Positions 54,094 to 64,000 of a stretch of 64,000 nucleotides of DNA are shown here, piece by piece. Below the pieces are notes generated by a model. It was given only the letters and a program-made list of their open reading frames with translations. It made no database searches and had not been told where the DNA came from. The position numbers were made by a program, and so were the translations under genes. The stretch lies in assembly GCA_963737265.1 (NCBI GenBank), contig CAVTRY010000013.1, forward strand, positions 416,001 to 480,000, written 5' to 3'. Source of the stretch: an uncultured delta proteobacterium. Its GTDB lineage: Bacteria; Myxococcota_A; Polyangia; Fen-1088. Position 1 is the first letter of the stretch. Every line of letters begins with the position of its first letter.

Positions 54094-54504
54094 CTACTGG
54101 AACTGCGGGCACTGGTTGCCGGTCAGGCAAACATCGGGGACACAACCGTAAAGTAGGCCAGCGATGGAACAACAGGTTGCGTTGCTGCCGCAGACTACAT
54201 TCGCTGGACAAGTCGGACCCGGCTGCGCGTTGGTGCAGAAGCACGGCATGTTGACCGGCAAGGTGAAGCCGAAGTTGCCGCAGGTGCACAGCAGCGGCGA
54301 TGGGCATTGGTTACCGCCGTAGGTGCACGGCTTGCCGATGCCGAGCTCGTTGCCGGCGTCGGGTGGACAGCCAGCCGGCAACAAGAGCACGACTGCGTCC
54401 ACACTCCCGTCCGCCACCTGTGCGTCGCCGGCGCCGCTCCGGGTTGGGTTCTGTTGACAAGATGCGACAACGATCAGCAGCACGCCAGGTACGAAACGGC
54501 ACAT
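54094..54504 (-). CDS. Cys-rich lipoprotein
   Basis: Lipobox VASC; GNELGIGKPC and many Cys residues. Confidence 0.72.
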   Translation of the reverse strand: MCRFVPGVLLIVVASCQQNPTRSGAGDAQVADGSVDAVVLLLPAGCPPDAGNELGIGKPCTYGGNQCPSPLLCTCGNFGFTLPVNMPCFCTNAQPGPTCPANVVCGSNATCCSIAGLLYGCVPDVCLTGNQCPQFQ

Positions 54505-54536
54505 GCGGTTGAAGAATGTATAGCACATTCGGCCCG

Positions 54537-55533
54537 TCAGAACAGATAGGACAGGCGTGTCAAAAAGGCCTGCGAGCCGGCGAAGGTGATGACGCCGAAT
54601 CTTTCGGTGTCGTTGCCGAGACCGAGTCGTCCCGCCAGGGCAAGCCGGAAATGACCGATGTCAAAGGTCACCGCGGGGTTGATGTAGAAGGCCTTGAGGT
54701 GGTTGAGGTCTTGGAAGTTGGGATCGTCGATGCGGCTGAGTTGGATGCAGCTTACGAGCTCGAACGGAAAATCCCAGCCAGCTCGTGGCCAAAACGGACA
54801 GGGCGTAGTGCGATTCCCAGAAGTAGACGTTGGGAATATTGAGCGGCACGCCGAGGAGGGTGGTGTTCTTGGCTAGCATGGCCAGGACGCCCTCGTTGAC
54901 GGTGAGCGAGAGCGGGCCGAAGACGAAAAGGCCCATCGCGGCGGGCGCCAGATGAAAGTAGTACGGAAAGCCAAACGCGTACGGACTCCCGTCGATGAGG
55001 CTGAAGCTATAGGTCATGGTGTGGGTCGGTAGGCGGACGCGCATCCCGACACCGACGAGCGCGGTGACCGAGTCGCCGGAGACATCCCACGCATAGCTGG
55101 CGCCACCGATAACATCTCCGAGTGAAAAAGCAGACTTCTTCCGATCCGGCGCAATGGGGGCGCTACTGCCCAGCTGATCGATATAGAGCCGCGTGAGCAG
55201 GATGGGTGCCTCGCCGTTCAGGTGAAAGCCGCCCAGCCTTAGCGTGCCGCCGAGGGCGATGCGATCGCCAGCGGCACGACCTTTGACCCAATAGAAGGTC
55301 GAGAGATCGCCGCTGTGCTCGTAGGTGTGGTCGATGTAGAGCGACGATCCGGCGCCGAAAGATTGCAATGCCGGGTAGTCGACGCCGGGCAGGTCAATAG
55401 GCGTTGCTGCTTCCCCCGGTACTGCCGGCGCGGACGCGGCGGGCGGTAGCTCGAAAGGATCGTCGTCCGCGGCATGCGCCGACGAAGCCCAGCCGAGGCC
55501 CAGGCCCAGAATTAGCCACCAGATACGTCTCAT
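54537..55533 (-). CDS. Outer-membrane beta-barrel-like protein, frameshift near 54765
   Basis: Signal peptide; alternate frame continues ...FYINPAVTFDIGHFRLALAGRLGLG...TRLSYLF*. Confidence 0.7.
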
Positions 55534-55817
55534 TTGTCCCGCGCGGAGACGTGGTTCTAGCACAGGTCGCCGCCCCTCCGAGAGACGTCTTTATAACTGG
55601 CACTGCCGGCGGCGACTAGATTCAAGCCACCGGCAGTGCGCACAACCCGTCATCCCAACGAATGCGAAGAACGCGATACATGACGGGCGCAAGGAGCTCG
55701 GCTAGTCCCTCCCTTCTCGCTCCCTGCTTGACTGGTTCGTGTGCGTGAAGTCGCCCGACCACCGCTTGGGGCAGCCAGCGACGTGGCGATGCGAGTGCCC
55801 GCGCGGTCGCTGTCGGG

Positions 55818-55997
55818 CTAGTGCAGATCGATTCGCGCCGTTTTCTTGTCGCCTTGACCAGCGTCGCGGCGATCCTCGGACAGCTTGCGCAGACGAATGA
55901 TTTCTTCCGGGCTCAGTTTCTCGAAGCCGTGCTCCCTGTCCTCCACCTTTGCATCTTGCCAGTCGACCGACCCCGGACGGATGTGACGTAGTTGCAT
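55818..55997 (-). CDS. Small charged hypothetical protein
   Basis: GGAGGGA RBS before MQLRHIRPG; 59 aa. Confidence 0.5.
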   Translation of the reverse strand: MQLRHIRPGSVDWQDAKVEDREHGFEKLSPEEIIRLRKLSEDRRDAGQGDKKTARIDLH

Positions 55998-56250
55998 CGT
56001 TCCCTCCTGCCGTTTCAACGTCGAGGCGATGTCTTCCTGTCGCCTCGAACCTCTCATTGTTAGGAACCAACTGGAATGAGAGACCATTCCCACAATCGCT
56101 AGTTTCCCCCATCTTTTTCCGCTTCGCCCAGAAAAATCGACCAACGCTCGGCGTTGGCGCGGCATTGGCGCGATGACCGCCCGCGACGGATGGCTTGCTA
56201 CTGCGCGGCAGGTGCCTCTCGTCCAGCCTATGTGTTAGAAGCCTCTCGCC

Positions 56251-57973
56251 ATGCGACTTTCAAAATCTCTCATTCCGACCCTCAAAGAAGCCCCGGCCGA
56301 GGCCGAGGTCCCTTCGCATATCCTGATGGTACGCGGGGGCTACTTGCGCAAGGTGGCCGCCGGCGTCTATTCGTTTCTGCCGCTCGGCTGGCGGGTCATC
56401 CAGAAGATTTCCAAAATTATCCGCGAGGAAATGAACCGCGCCGGCGCGCAGGAGGTCTTCCTGCCCGCGGTGATTCCGGCCGAGCTTTGGCAGGAGTCGG
56501 GACGCTGGGACCAGTACGGCGAGCAGCTTCTGCGCTTCAAGGATCGCAAGGGCGCGGACTTCGTCATCGGACCCACCCACGAAGAAGTCATGGTGGATCT
56601 CGTGCGCGGCGACGTGCGCAGCTACCGGCAATTGCCGCTCAATCTTTACCAGATTCAGTCCAAGTTTCGCGACGAGCTGCGCGCGCGCGCCGGGCTGATG
56701 CGCGGCCGCGAGTTCATCATGAAGGATGCATATTCCTTCCACGCCAGCGACGAGGATGCGCGGCGCGAGTACCAAAACATGTACGACACGTACACGCGCA
56801 TCTTCACACGCTGTGGGCTAGGGTTCCGGGCGGTGGAAGCCGACACCGGCGCCATCGGTGGTTCGCACTCGCACGAATTCCAGGTATTGACCGACACCGG
56901 CGAGGACGCCCTGCTTGCGTGCGATGCCTGTTCCTACGCCGCCAACGTGGAGGAGGCAAAGTCGCCCGCGCCCGCGGCTGCGGCGCCTTCATCGGCCACC
57001 GTGGAGAAAGTGGCGACGCCGGGCCAGCGGACGATTGAAGAAGTCACGGCTTTTCTCGGGCTCGTTTCCGCGGATCTGGTGAAGACGCTGATTTATGTCG
57101 CCGACGGAAAACCCGTGGCCGCCCTGGTGCGCGGGGATCGCAGCCTAAACGAGATCAAGCTCAAGCGCGCGCTCAGGTGCACGCGAGCTGGTGCTGGCCA
57201 ACGACAAGGTCGTGGAAGGGGCCACCGGCGCGCCTGTCGGTTTCGCGGGTCCGGTGGGCCTGCGGATTCCCATCTACTGCGATCTCGAAGTCTGCGCGCT
57301 CGCGTCCTTCGTGTGCGGCGCCAATGCGGCCGACGCCCACTACAAGAACGTGGTTTCCAAACGCGACTTTGCGCCCACCCTATGCGGCGACTTCCGCGAC
57401 GCCGCCGTGGGCGACCTTGTCCCCGCTGCGAGAAGGGACATTTCACCGGCTATCGCGGCGTCGAGGTCGGCCAAGTTTTCTTTCTTGGCACCAAGTATTC
57501 CACGCCCATGAAATGCAACTTCCTCGACGTCGACGGCAAGGAGAAGCCGATGGTCATGGGCTGCCTACGGCATCGGCGTCACGCGCATCGCCGCCGCCGC
57601 CATCGAGCAGAACCACGACAAGGACGGCATCGTGTGGCCGGTGGCCATCGCGCCCTTCGAGGTGGCGCTGCTGTCGCTGCAAACCGGCGACGCGCAGGTA
57701 ACCGAGGTCGCCGAGCGGCTGTACGCCGACCTCGACAAAGCCGGCGTCGAGGTGCTGTTCGACGATCGCGACGAGCGGCCGGGCGTGAAGTTCAAGGACG
57801 CGGACTTGATTGGCCTGCCGTATCGAATCGCGGTGGGGAAGAAAGGCGTGGCCGAAGGCATGGTCGAGCTGAAGGCGCGCCGTTCGCCCGAGGTCGTCAA
57901 GGTGAAGATCGAGGATGTCGTCGCCGTGGTGAGCGAGAAGATCGTCGCCGAGCGCGCGGGGGGCAACCGTTGA
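56251..57973 (+). CDS. proS: Proline--tRNA ligase with three apparent frameshifts (~57180, ~57415, ~57563)
   Basis: [59 protein letters not shown] across frames. Confidence 0.95.
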
Positions 57974-58006
57974 GCGGTCGGACGTCCATCGTCCGCCGAC
58001 GAGCGC

Positions 58007-58690
58007 GTGATCGTCGCCCTCGATGTGCCGGACATGGCTGGCCTGACCGCTTTTCTGGATCGCCTGGAAGGCCGGCCGCGCTTCTACAAAGTCGGCCTCG
58101 AGCTTTTCGTCTCCGAGGGTGCGCGGGCCATTGAGGCGGTGCAGCAACGCGGCGGCAAGGTGTTCCTCGATCTCAAACTGCACGACATCCCCGAAACGGT
58201 GGCGCGCGCGGTGTCGTCCGCCGTCAAGCTGGGCGCCGAGCTCCTCACCGTGCACACGGCGGGCGGCTTCGAGATGGTGCGCAGGGCGGTCGAGGTCGCC
58301 AAGGGTAGGCCTGGCATCCTTGGCGTTACCGTCTTGACCAGCTTGTGTGACGACGATCTGCTGGCAGACGGTATCGCGGGCACGATGCGCGAGGCAGTCG
58401 TTCGCCGGGCCAAGCTGGCGGAAAGGGCTGGAGCGATGGGAATCGTTTGCTCGCCCCAGGAAGCGGCCGACGTGCGGGCGGCGTGTAGCACCCTTTCGCT
58501 GGTGGTTCCTGGCGTCCGGCCGGCGGGCGCGGCCTTGGGCGACCAGAAACGCGTGGCAACCCCTGCCAGCGCGATTGCAGCCGGTGCCGACTACCTGGTG
58601 GTCGGCCGACCGATTCGCGACGCTCAGAATCCGGCCGACGCGTTTTCAGCCGTGGTCGCCGAGGTCGCGGCCGCCCTGGCGCCGAACTAG
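58007..58690 (+). CDS. pyrF: Orotidine-5'-phosphate decarboxylase
   Basis: IVALD, FLDLKLHDIPETV, VTVLTS, PGVRP, VVGRPI. Confidence 0.95.
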   Translation: MIVALDVPDMAGLTAFLDRLEGRPRFYKVGLELFVSEGARAIEAVQQRGGKVFLDLKLHDIPETVARAVSSAVKLGAELLTVHTAGGFEMVRRAVEVAKGRPGILGVTVLTSLCDDDLLADGIAGTMREAVVRRAKLAERAGAMGIVCSPQEAADVRAACSTLSLVVPGVRPAGAALGDQKRVATPASAIAAGADYLVVGRPIRDAQNPADAFSAVVAEVAAALAPN

Positions 58691-58705
58691 CGCAGGGGAT
58701 CGCCG

Positions 58706-59449
58706 ATGTCGCGCGTTGTTTTTGGCGTTCGTCCCATCGAGGAATTGTGCCGTGCCCGGCCGCGCGATGTCGTCATCGTGTACGTCGCCGATGGCTACCG
58801 ATCGAAGGAAATCGAAAGCGCGGTCGCCGCGGCCAAGGATCGCGGCATCACCGTCGAGTTTCGCCCGCGCGCCCTGGTCGCCAATCTGGCGGCATCGTCC
58901 GCCCACCAGGGCATGGTGGCGATCGCGGGCGAATTTCAGTACGCGCGCATCGACGAGATGCTGGCGGCGGCGGGCGCGGCGAACGAGGCCGCGTTGCTGC
59001 TCATTCTCGACTGCATTACGGATCCGCAAAACTTCGGCGCCCTGGTTCGCAGCGCCGAAGTGCTGGGTGCCCACGGGGTCGTCGTGCCGGATAAACATGC
59101 GGCGCCGGTGACGGGCTCCGTGGTGAAGGCATCGGCCGGCGCGAGCGAGCGCATTCGCATCGCCCGCGTGCACAACCTGCTCGGCACCATCGACTGGCTC
59201 ACCGGACAAGGGATCCAAGTCTGGGGCGGCGCCGCCGAAGGGGCGATTCCGACCGCCCAGGCTGATCTGCGCGGGCCGGCGGCGCTGGTGGTCGGCGGCG
59301 AGGGCCGCGGCCTGCGCACCGCGGTCGCGCGGCGCTGCTCTTCCCTCGTGCAGATCCCCCAGCGCGGTCTCGTGGCATCCCTGAACGCCTCGGTGGCGGG
59401 CGCCATTCTGCTCTACGAAGCCGTTCGGCAGCGAACGCGGACCGAATAG
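58706..59449 (+). CDS. rlmB: 23S rRNA Gm2251 methyltransferase (TrmH family)
   Basis: HQG, DPQNFGALVRSA, GGEGRGL, SLNASVA. Confidence 0.92.
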   Translation: MSRVVFGVRPIEELCRARPRDVVIVYVADGYRSKEIESAVAAAKDRGITVEFRPRALVANLAASSAHQGMVAIAGEFQYARIDEMLAAAGAANEAALLLILDCITDPQNFGALVRSAEVLGAHGVVVPDKHAAPVTGSVVKASAGASERIRIARVHNLLGTIDWLTGQGIQVWGGAAEGAIPTAQADLRGPAALVVGGEGRGLRTAVARRCSSLVQIPQRGLVASLNASVAGAILLYEAVRQRTRTE

Positions 59450-60060
59450 CGATCCTCTCACTCATCTGCAACAGAACCACGAGAAGGAGATCTCTTCCTG
59501 GCTGCCTTCCGTGCATGGCACCGCGCCCTTCGCCGAGCTTCACCCCGCGCGCCCGCCGTCACACGACCTGGCCGAGGCGGGCGGCGACGATCGGGCCAGC
59601 GACCCCTGGCTCAATTGACGGCTACCTCACCGCTGCGGCCATGGGGTAGCTGCGCCTCGTGCTCCGAGCAGGCGCCTCGGCAACCAGATCGGACGGCCCA
59701 AATCGGTCAGGCTATCCGGGCGCGCGGGAGGACGCCGTCGCACGGGCAACCAGGCGCCGCGGACCGAAAACACCCCATTCGAAGCGCTTGCGCGTCGGCG
59801 ACCCGACCCACGGCGGACTGTCCCCGGCCGGTGTCGCCGGCGGGTTCAAGTCCATCCGCTGCGGCCGCTTCTTCGGACGGGTAGAGTAGCGGGCGGTGGC
59901 GGTCCGCCGTAAACACGCGGCTTTGGGTGTGCCAAGATCTCCGTGGCGTGTAGGTGACTCTGCTCACCTGGAAGCTTTGCGGGCAGCGCATACATTGTGA
60001 CCTGACCCCCGTGCGGCTTGGCTCGGTGGTAAAGCTATTGCAAGCCAAGGAGAGCACACC

Positions 60061-62565
60061 ATGAGGAAGATTCTTCTCGCCACGGCCGCCATCTGCTGGC
60101 CACTTACCGCCCAGGCAGCGCTGACGCTCAAGGAAGTCCGGACCGCTTCGAGCACGGTCATCGACGTCTATTTCACCAGCACCACGGTCAACGCGAACGA
60201 GGTGGACACGTCGAACCTCTCGCAGTGGACGGTGGGCGGCCAGGCCGCGACCGCGATCAACAGGTACATGATGCAGGTGGCGACGACCGGCGACCATCAC
60301 GTCTACCTCACCGTACCTACCCTGACGAGCGGCACCTCGTACGACATCAAGACGCCGTACGGCAACGCGACACTGGCTTTTGACGACCACAAGACCCTGT
60401 GCGACTCGATCAAGACCAACCAGGCGGCCTACAGCGCGCTCGCGAAGGGCAACTACGCCTTGTTCGCGATATGGCTCGGCGACGGCGGGAGCAAGCAAAT
60501 CAGCGGCGCATTGCCCACCTATGAGGTCTTCGAAACCCTGACTAACAAGGTGCAGGCCACGGGCACGCTGACCGCGGTCGGCGCGGACACCTCTTCAGGC
60601 GATTTTGTCTACCGCATCGATCTTGCCTCGGTTCCGGAGGGTGGTCCCTACGCCATTTCCGTGAAGGGCTACGGCGTGTCCCATCCGTTCGGTGTCGGGG
60701 GCGACTTCGCGCGGCGGCTCGCCTACACGATCATGCGCGGCCAGTATTACCAGCGCTGCGGCTGTCCGATCCACGACCCCTACGGGTGGAATATCCGGAT
60801 GAACCCATGCCATACGCTGATTTACAATACCAACGCCGCCGATGCCGAAAACATCCCCGAACCCACCGGTACCGAGCCGACCATGTTCGTTGTGGGTGGA
60901 TACCACGATGCCGGGGATACGGACCGCAGGGTGTATCACATTTCCAACCCGGTCGTGAATTTGATGATTTACGAGGCCTTCCCGGAAATGTTCAGCGATG
61001 GCCAGTTCGACATACCGGACAAGTTCGACGATAAATACAACATCACGGGGCAGGGCAACGGAGTCCCCGACATCGTCGACGAGGCGGAGTGGGGAACACT
61101 GATATGGGAGAATCTTCAGAAGAGCGACGGCAGTATCTACTATGGCACCAACTGCAGCGGGTATGCCGACGCCGCGCCCTATGACACCGCGGATCATAAG
61201 AAGTACGGGACCATGGCCGCCGACGACCGGGGCCCCGCGGTAGCGGCCGGACTGTTTCTGCACCTTGCGCGACTTCTCAAGCCGTACAACGCCGCACGCG
61301 CGGACAAGCTCGCGCAGGAGGCCGCACTCTCCTTTAAGTACATAAGCGGCAAGACCTGGGCGAATCCGGAGAAGCTTTACTATTACATCGAGAAGTATCT
61401 GTACGACGGCGATCCGGATGCACACACGCAAGTGCAAGCGCTTGCGAGCACCGTGAACAGTTACAAGAGCAATGCATCCTCGGTGCCGGGGTATTCGCTC
61501 AACGACAGCGCTTTCGATAATCCTGGCTACATCATTTCGTACATGGTTGAGAAGACGCGGCCGACCGATCCGGCGGTGGTGGCGCAATTTACCGCTGCAA
61601 TCAAGGCGGCCGCCGACGCGAACATCGTCCAACTGAAAGCCCACGCATATCCGGTCGGCAACAGCGGCGGCGGCTGGGGACACAACGTCCAGCAGGGCCT
61701 CTATGCGGTGGCGTCCCTCCTGTACTGGCGCTTTTCCAAGGACCAAAGCTACTTGGATGCCGCCGCCAGTTTGCTGAACTACGACTTGGGCGTAAATCCC
61801 ATCGGGATAAGCTACGTGACCGGCCTCGGCTTTCACAGCGTCACCGATCCTCACGATCGACAGAGCTGGTACACCAATAGTCAAGCACAGTGGCTCAAAC
61901 CCGTACCCGGGATCTTGGTGTTCGGCCCCGGCGGAGGCACTGGCAACACCACGTTCCCAGCCATTGGAACCTTGCCCGCCGAGCGTAGGTACGCCGATAG
62001 CCATGGAGACATCCAGGAGAACGAATTCACCATCTTCGAGACCATGACCTACTACGCCCTGTATGGCGTGTTGGCGAACGGGGGCAAATGGGATCCAAGC
62101 AAGGATCCCTTCACGGTCGGTGCGGGAACGCCTTCGGGTAGCACTGGAGACGGCGGCGCGCCGAACACCGGGGGAGCCGGAGGAATCACGAACACGTCCA
62201 CGGGCGGAGCCGGTGGCGGCGGTGGTGGTCGAACGACGTCCGCGAGCGGCGGAGCCGTCGGCGGAACAACGTCCGCGAGCGGCGGAGCCGGCGGCTCGTC
62301 GGGAGGAACGGGCACGTCGGGTGGCGCGAGTGGCGGGAGCGGCGTTGGAGGAGCTTCAAGCGCGAACGGCGGCGCGGGCGGCGGGACCGGCACAGCCACC
62401 ACCGCGAAGAAATCCGCCTCCTCGGGCTGCTCTTGCTCGGCGGGCGCAAAACAAGGCAAAGGGCCGTGGGCTGGCGCCGGGCTGCTGCTCTTCCTTGGCG
62501 CAGTCGCATTTGCGGCGAGAAAGCGCCGCAAGCCGGTCTCGACCCCGGGTACAGGGATACCTTGA
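60061..62565 (+). CDS. GH9-like glycoside hydrolase with Ig-like N-terminus, Gly linker and MYXO-CTERM-like tail
   Basis: YYQRCG, GGYHDAGD, PDIVDEAEW, LGVNPIGISYVTGLG, NEFTI; GCSC + TM + RKRRK. Confidence 0.85.
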   Translation: MRKILLATAAICWPLTAQAALTLKEVRTASSTVIDVYFTSTTVNANEVDTSNLSQWTVGGQAATAINRYMMQVATTGDHHVYLTVPTLTSGTSYDIKTPYGNATLAFDDHKTLCDSIKTNQAAYSALAKGNYALFAIWLGDGGSKQISGALPTYEVFETLTNKVQATGTLTAVGADTSSGDFVYRIDLASVPEGGPYAISVKGYGVSHPFGVGGDFARRLAYTIMRGQYYQRCGCPIHDPYGWNIRMNPCHTLIYNTNAADAENIPEPTGTEPTMFVVGGYHDAGDTDRRVYHISNPVVNLMIYEAFPEMFSDGQFDIPDKFDDKYNITGQGNGVPDIVDEAEWGTLIWENLQKSDGSIYYGTNCSGYADAAPYDTADHKKYGTMAADDRGPAVAAGLFLHLARLLKPYNAARADKLAQEAALSFKYISGKTWANPEKLYYYIEKYLYDGDPDAHTQVQALASTVNSYKSNASSVPGYSLNDSAFDNPGYIISYMVEKTRPTDPAVVAQFTAAIKAAADANIVQLKAHAYPVGNSGGGWGHNVQQGLYAVASLLYWRFSKDQSYLDAAASLLNYDLGVNPIGISYVTGLGFHSVTDPHDRQSWYTNSQAQWLKPVPGILVFGPGGGTGNTTFPAIGTLPAERRYADSHGDIQENEFTIFETMTYYALYGVLANGGKWDPSKDPFTVGAGTPSGSTGDGGAPNTGGAGGITNTSTGGAGGGGGGRTTSASGGAVGGTTSASGGAGGSSGGTGTSGGASGGSGVGGASSANGGAGGGTGTATTAKKSASSGCSCSAGAKQGKGPWAGAGLLLFLGAVAFAARKRRKPVSTPGTGIP

Positions 62566-62624
62566 GGGAAAATCAACGTGTAGGCCTATGTGGTTGACGT
62601 AGCTCTTCTTATCGGCATGCTCCA

Positions 62625-62760
62625 GAGAAGCTGAGGGTCGGTCGGTTGCTCGTGCCAGTGGCCACCGCCTCGCACCTCGTGGTCATGAAAGTACTGGCTG
62701 GCCGTCCGAAGGACATCGAAGACGCGGCTGCGCTACTGGCCGTGCAGGCGGACCAGAGCT
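62625..62760 (+). pseudogene. Fragment of a nucleotidyltransferase-like protein
   Basis: LRVGRLLVPVATASHLVVMKVLAGRPKDIEDAAALL; no start. Confidence 0.55.
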
Positions 62761-62856
62761 ACCACGACTACTGCCGAAATTTTGCACGGCCGGATTAAAC
62801 GTCTGTTCGGCCAAGCCGCTCTTATGGCCATTCCACGGGCGGACGCCAAGGACGTC

Positions 62857-63195
62857 TCACTCGGCGATGATTTCGTTGAGGCCATCAATCACTAGCGCCA
62901 ATTCTTCCCTCGAAGCGCGAGCCAGCTTCTTTCCAATTCTCTCCACCGAGAGCGTACGCACCTGCGCAATCTTGATCCACGATCGTTTCGTGAGCCTATG
63001 GGCCTTGCTCTCCAGAGTCAGCGGGAAACCCGCACGAGGCTCTTGACTGGTCATGGCCATCGCGACCACGGTGCCGGACCGCTGATTGAACACATCGTGG
63101 CTCAAGATCAAGACGGGGCGCGTGCCCTGTTGCTCATGACCGCGCACGGGGTTCAGTTCCGCCCATCGGATGTCGCCCCTCAGTATTGGGGCCAT
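62857..63195 (-). CDS. mazF: MazF/PemK toxin
   Basis: RGDIRW..NPVRGHEQQGTRPVLILS, QVRTLSVERI. Confidence 0.93.
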   Translation of the reverse strand: MAPILRGDIRWAELNPVRGHEQQGTRPVLILSHDVFNQRSGTVVAMAMTSQEPRAGFPLTLESKAHRLTKRSWIKIAQVRTLSVERIGKKLARASREELALVIDGLNEIIAE

Positions 63196-63422
63196 GTCGC
63201 CACATCCATCGTAAGGCCTTCATCGGCCTCGGCCTGTTCCTGTCGTGGATCCAGCTTTGCCACCTCGCGCGCCAGCCTGGTATGTCTGAGGCGATCAATC
63301 TTGTCGGCCAGAGCCGCCTCCACGGCCTGGCTTCGATTCGGAAACCGATCCGCGGCGATCAGGGCATCAAGAGATTCCAAAATCTGAGTGTCGATTGTCA
63401 CGGCTACTTTTGCCTTTGCCAT
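63180..63422 (-). CDS. Ribbon-helix-helix antitoxin
   Basis: KVAVTID, FPNRSQAVE; overlaps mazF. Confidence 0.9.
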   Translation of the reverse strand: MAKAKVAVTIDTQILESLDALIAADRFPNRSQAVEAALADKIDRLRHTRLAREVAKLDPRQEQAEADEGLTMDVATWPQY

Positions 63423-63423
63423 G

Positions 63424-63442
63424 GTATGATGATATATCATAC
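63424..63442. promoter_or_regulatory. TA operator inverted repeat GTATGAT-N5-ATCATAC
   Basis: Directly abuts the antitoxin start codon. Confidence 0.65.
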
Positions 63443-63758
63443 TCCAGCCATCGTGCAACAGGTGTTCCGCACGGCGCGGGATGCAAAGGGCGGACATTAC
63501 GCCCGGCATCCGGACCCGCGCGGCCCGGTTCCATGAGAGTTAGTAGCAGGTGGGGCCGATTTGCCCAAACCAGTCGGTAGCCGGCGTTGCGATGGCTCGG
63601 GCGGCGACGCCTGGTGGAACCACGGCAGCCGAAAAGATGCGAGTCTCTCCGCGGCATACGATTTCGCCCCGTATTAACTGCGAAGAAAAGCCGCCGAAAC
63701 GTATTGCGGACCATCGTAGTCTTGTTTCGCTAGATCTTGTTTTGGAGAAGGTGAATCC

Positions 63759-64000
63759 ATGGCCACAACGACTGTGAGCGCCGAACCCGAAGGTATTTCT
63801 ATCGATCTCGACAAGACAGCTCTCATCATCATTGATATGCAGCGCGATTTCTTGGAGCCCGGGGGATTTGGAGAGACGCTCGGCAATAGGGTTTCACTGC
63901 TAAGCGCGGCGATCGGTCCGTGCAAGGCTTTGCTCAGCGGTGCCCGTAAGCGGGGAATGCTGGTCGTACACACCCGCGAGGGTCACCGACCTGACTTGAG
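63759..64000 (+). CDS. Isochorismatase-family cysteine hydrolase, triuret/biuret hydrolase-like (3' truncated by window edge)
   Basis: GGAG RBS; IIIDMQRDFLEPGGFGETLGN...VHTREGHRPDL. Confidence 0.85.
   Translation, partial: MATTTVSAEPEGISIDLDKTALIIIDMQRDFLEPGGFGETLGNRVSLLSAAIGPCKALLSGARKRGMLVVHTREGHRPDL

Noticed and set aside
59450-60050. Possible gene between rlmB and GH9
   Set aside because: No recognisable motif or consistent reading frame
63590-63720. Riboswitch or T-box upstream of the hydrolase
   Set aside because: Only a ggtggaaccacg fragment matches; other core elements are absent

Overview
GC-rich bacterial DNA, most likely Myxococcota (two secreted glycoside hydrolases end in MYXO-CTERM-like tails). 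In order it holds: a GH43 gene; a minus-strand signalling cluster (two FIST/NosP-kinase pairs plus REC-HD-GYP-like, REC-HDOD and REC-GGDEF proteins); a TPP-riboswitch-led thi operon whose thiG and thiH are fused by an apparent internal deletion; a complete nitrate/nitrite assimilation and Moco locus; a PAS kinase and MCP; a mosaic zone with an integron-like attC/toxin-antitoxin cassette, gene shards and an 836-bp tandem duplication; an NtrBC-type pair facing a sigma54-promoter amt-usp-antiporter operon; an 8-repeat zinc-ribbon protein divergent from tig-clpP-clpX-lon; two tRNA-Ser; Cys-rich lipoproteins; proS-pyrF-rlmB; a GH9; mazEF; and the start of a triuret/biuret hydrolase-like gene. The most striking hidden signal is three dispersed, eroded islands built like integron cassettes (attC-like site plus inverted TA module) with no integrase in the window. 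Essential proS carries three frameshifts, so single indels here are probably sequencing errors.
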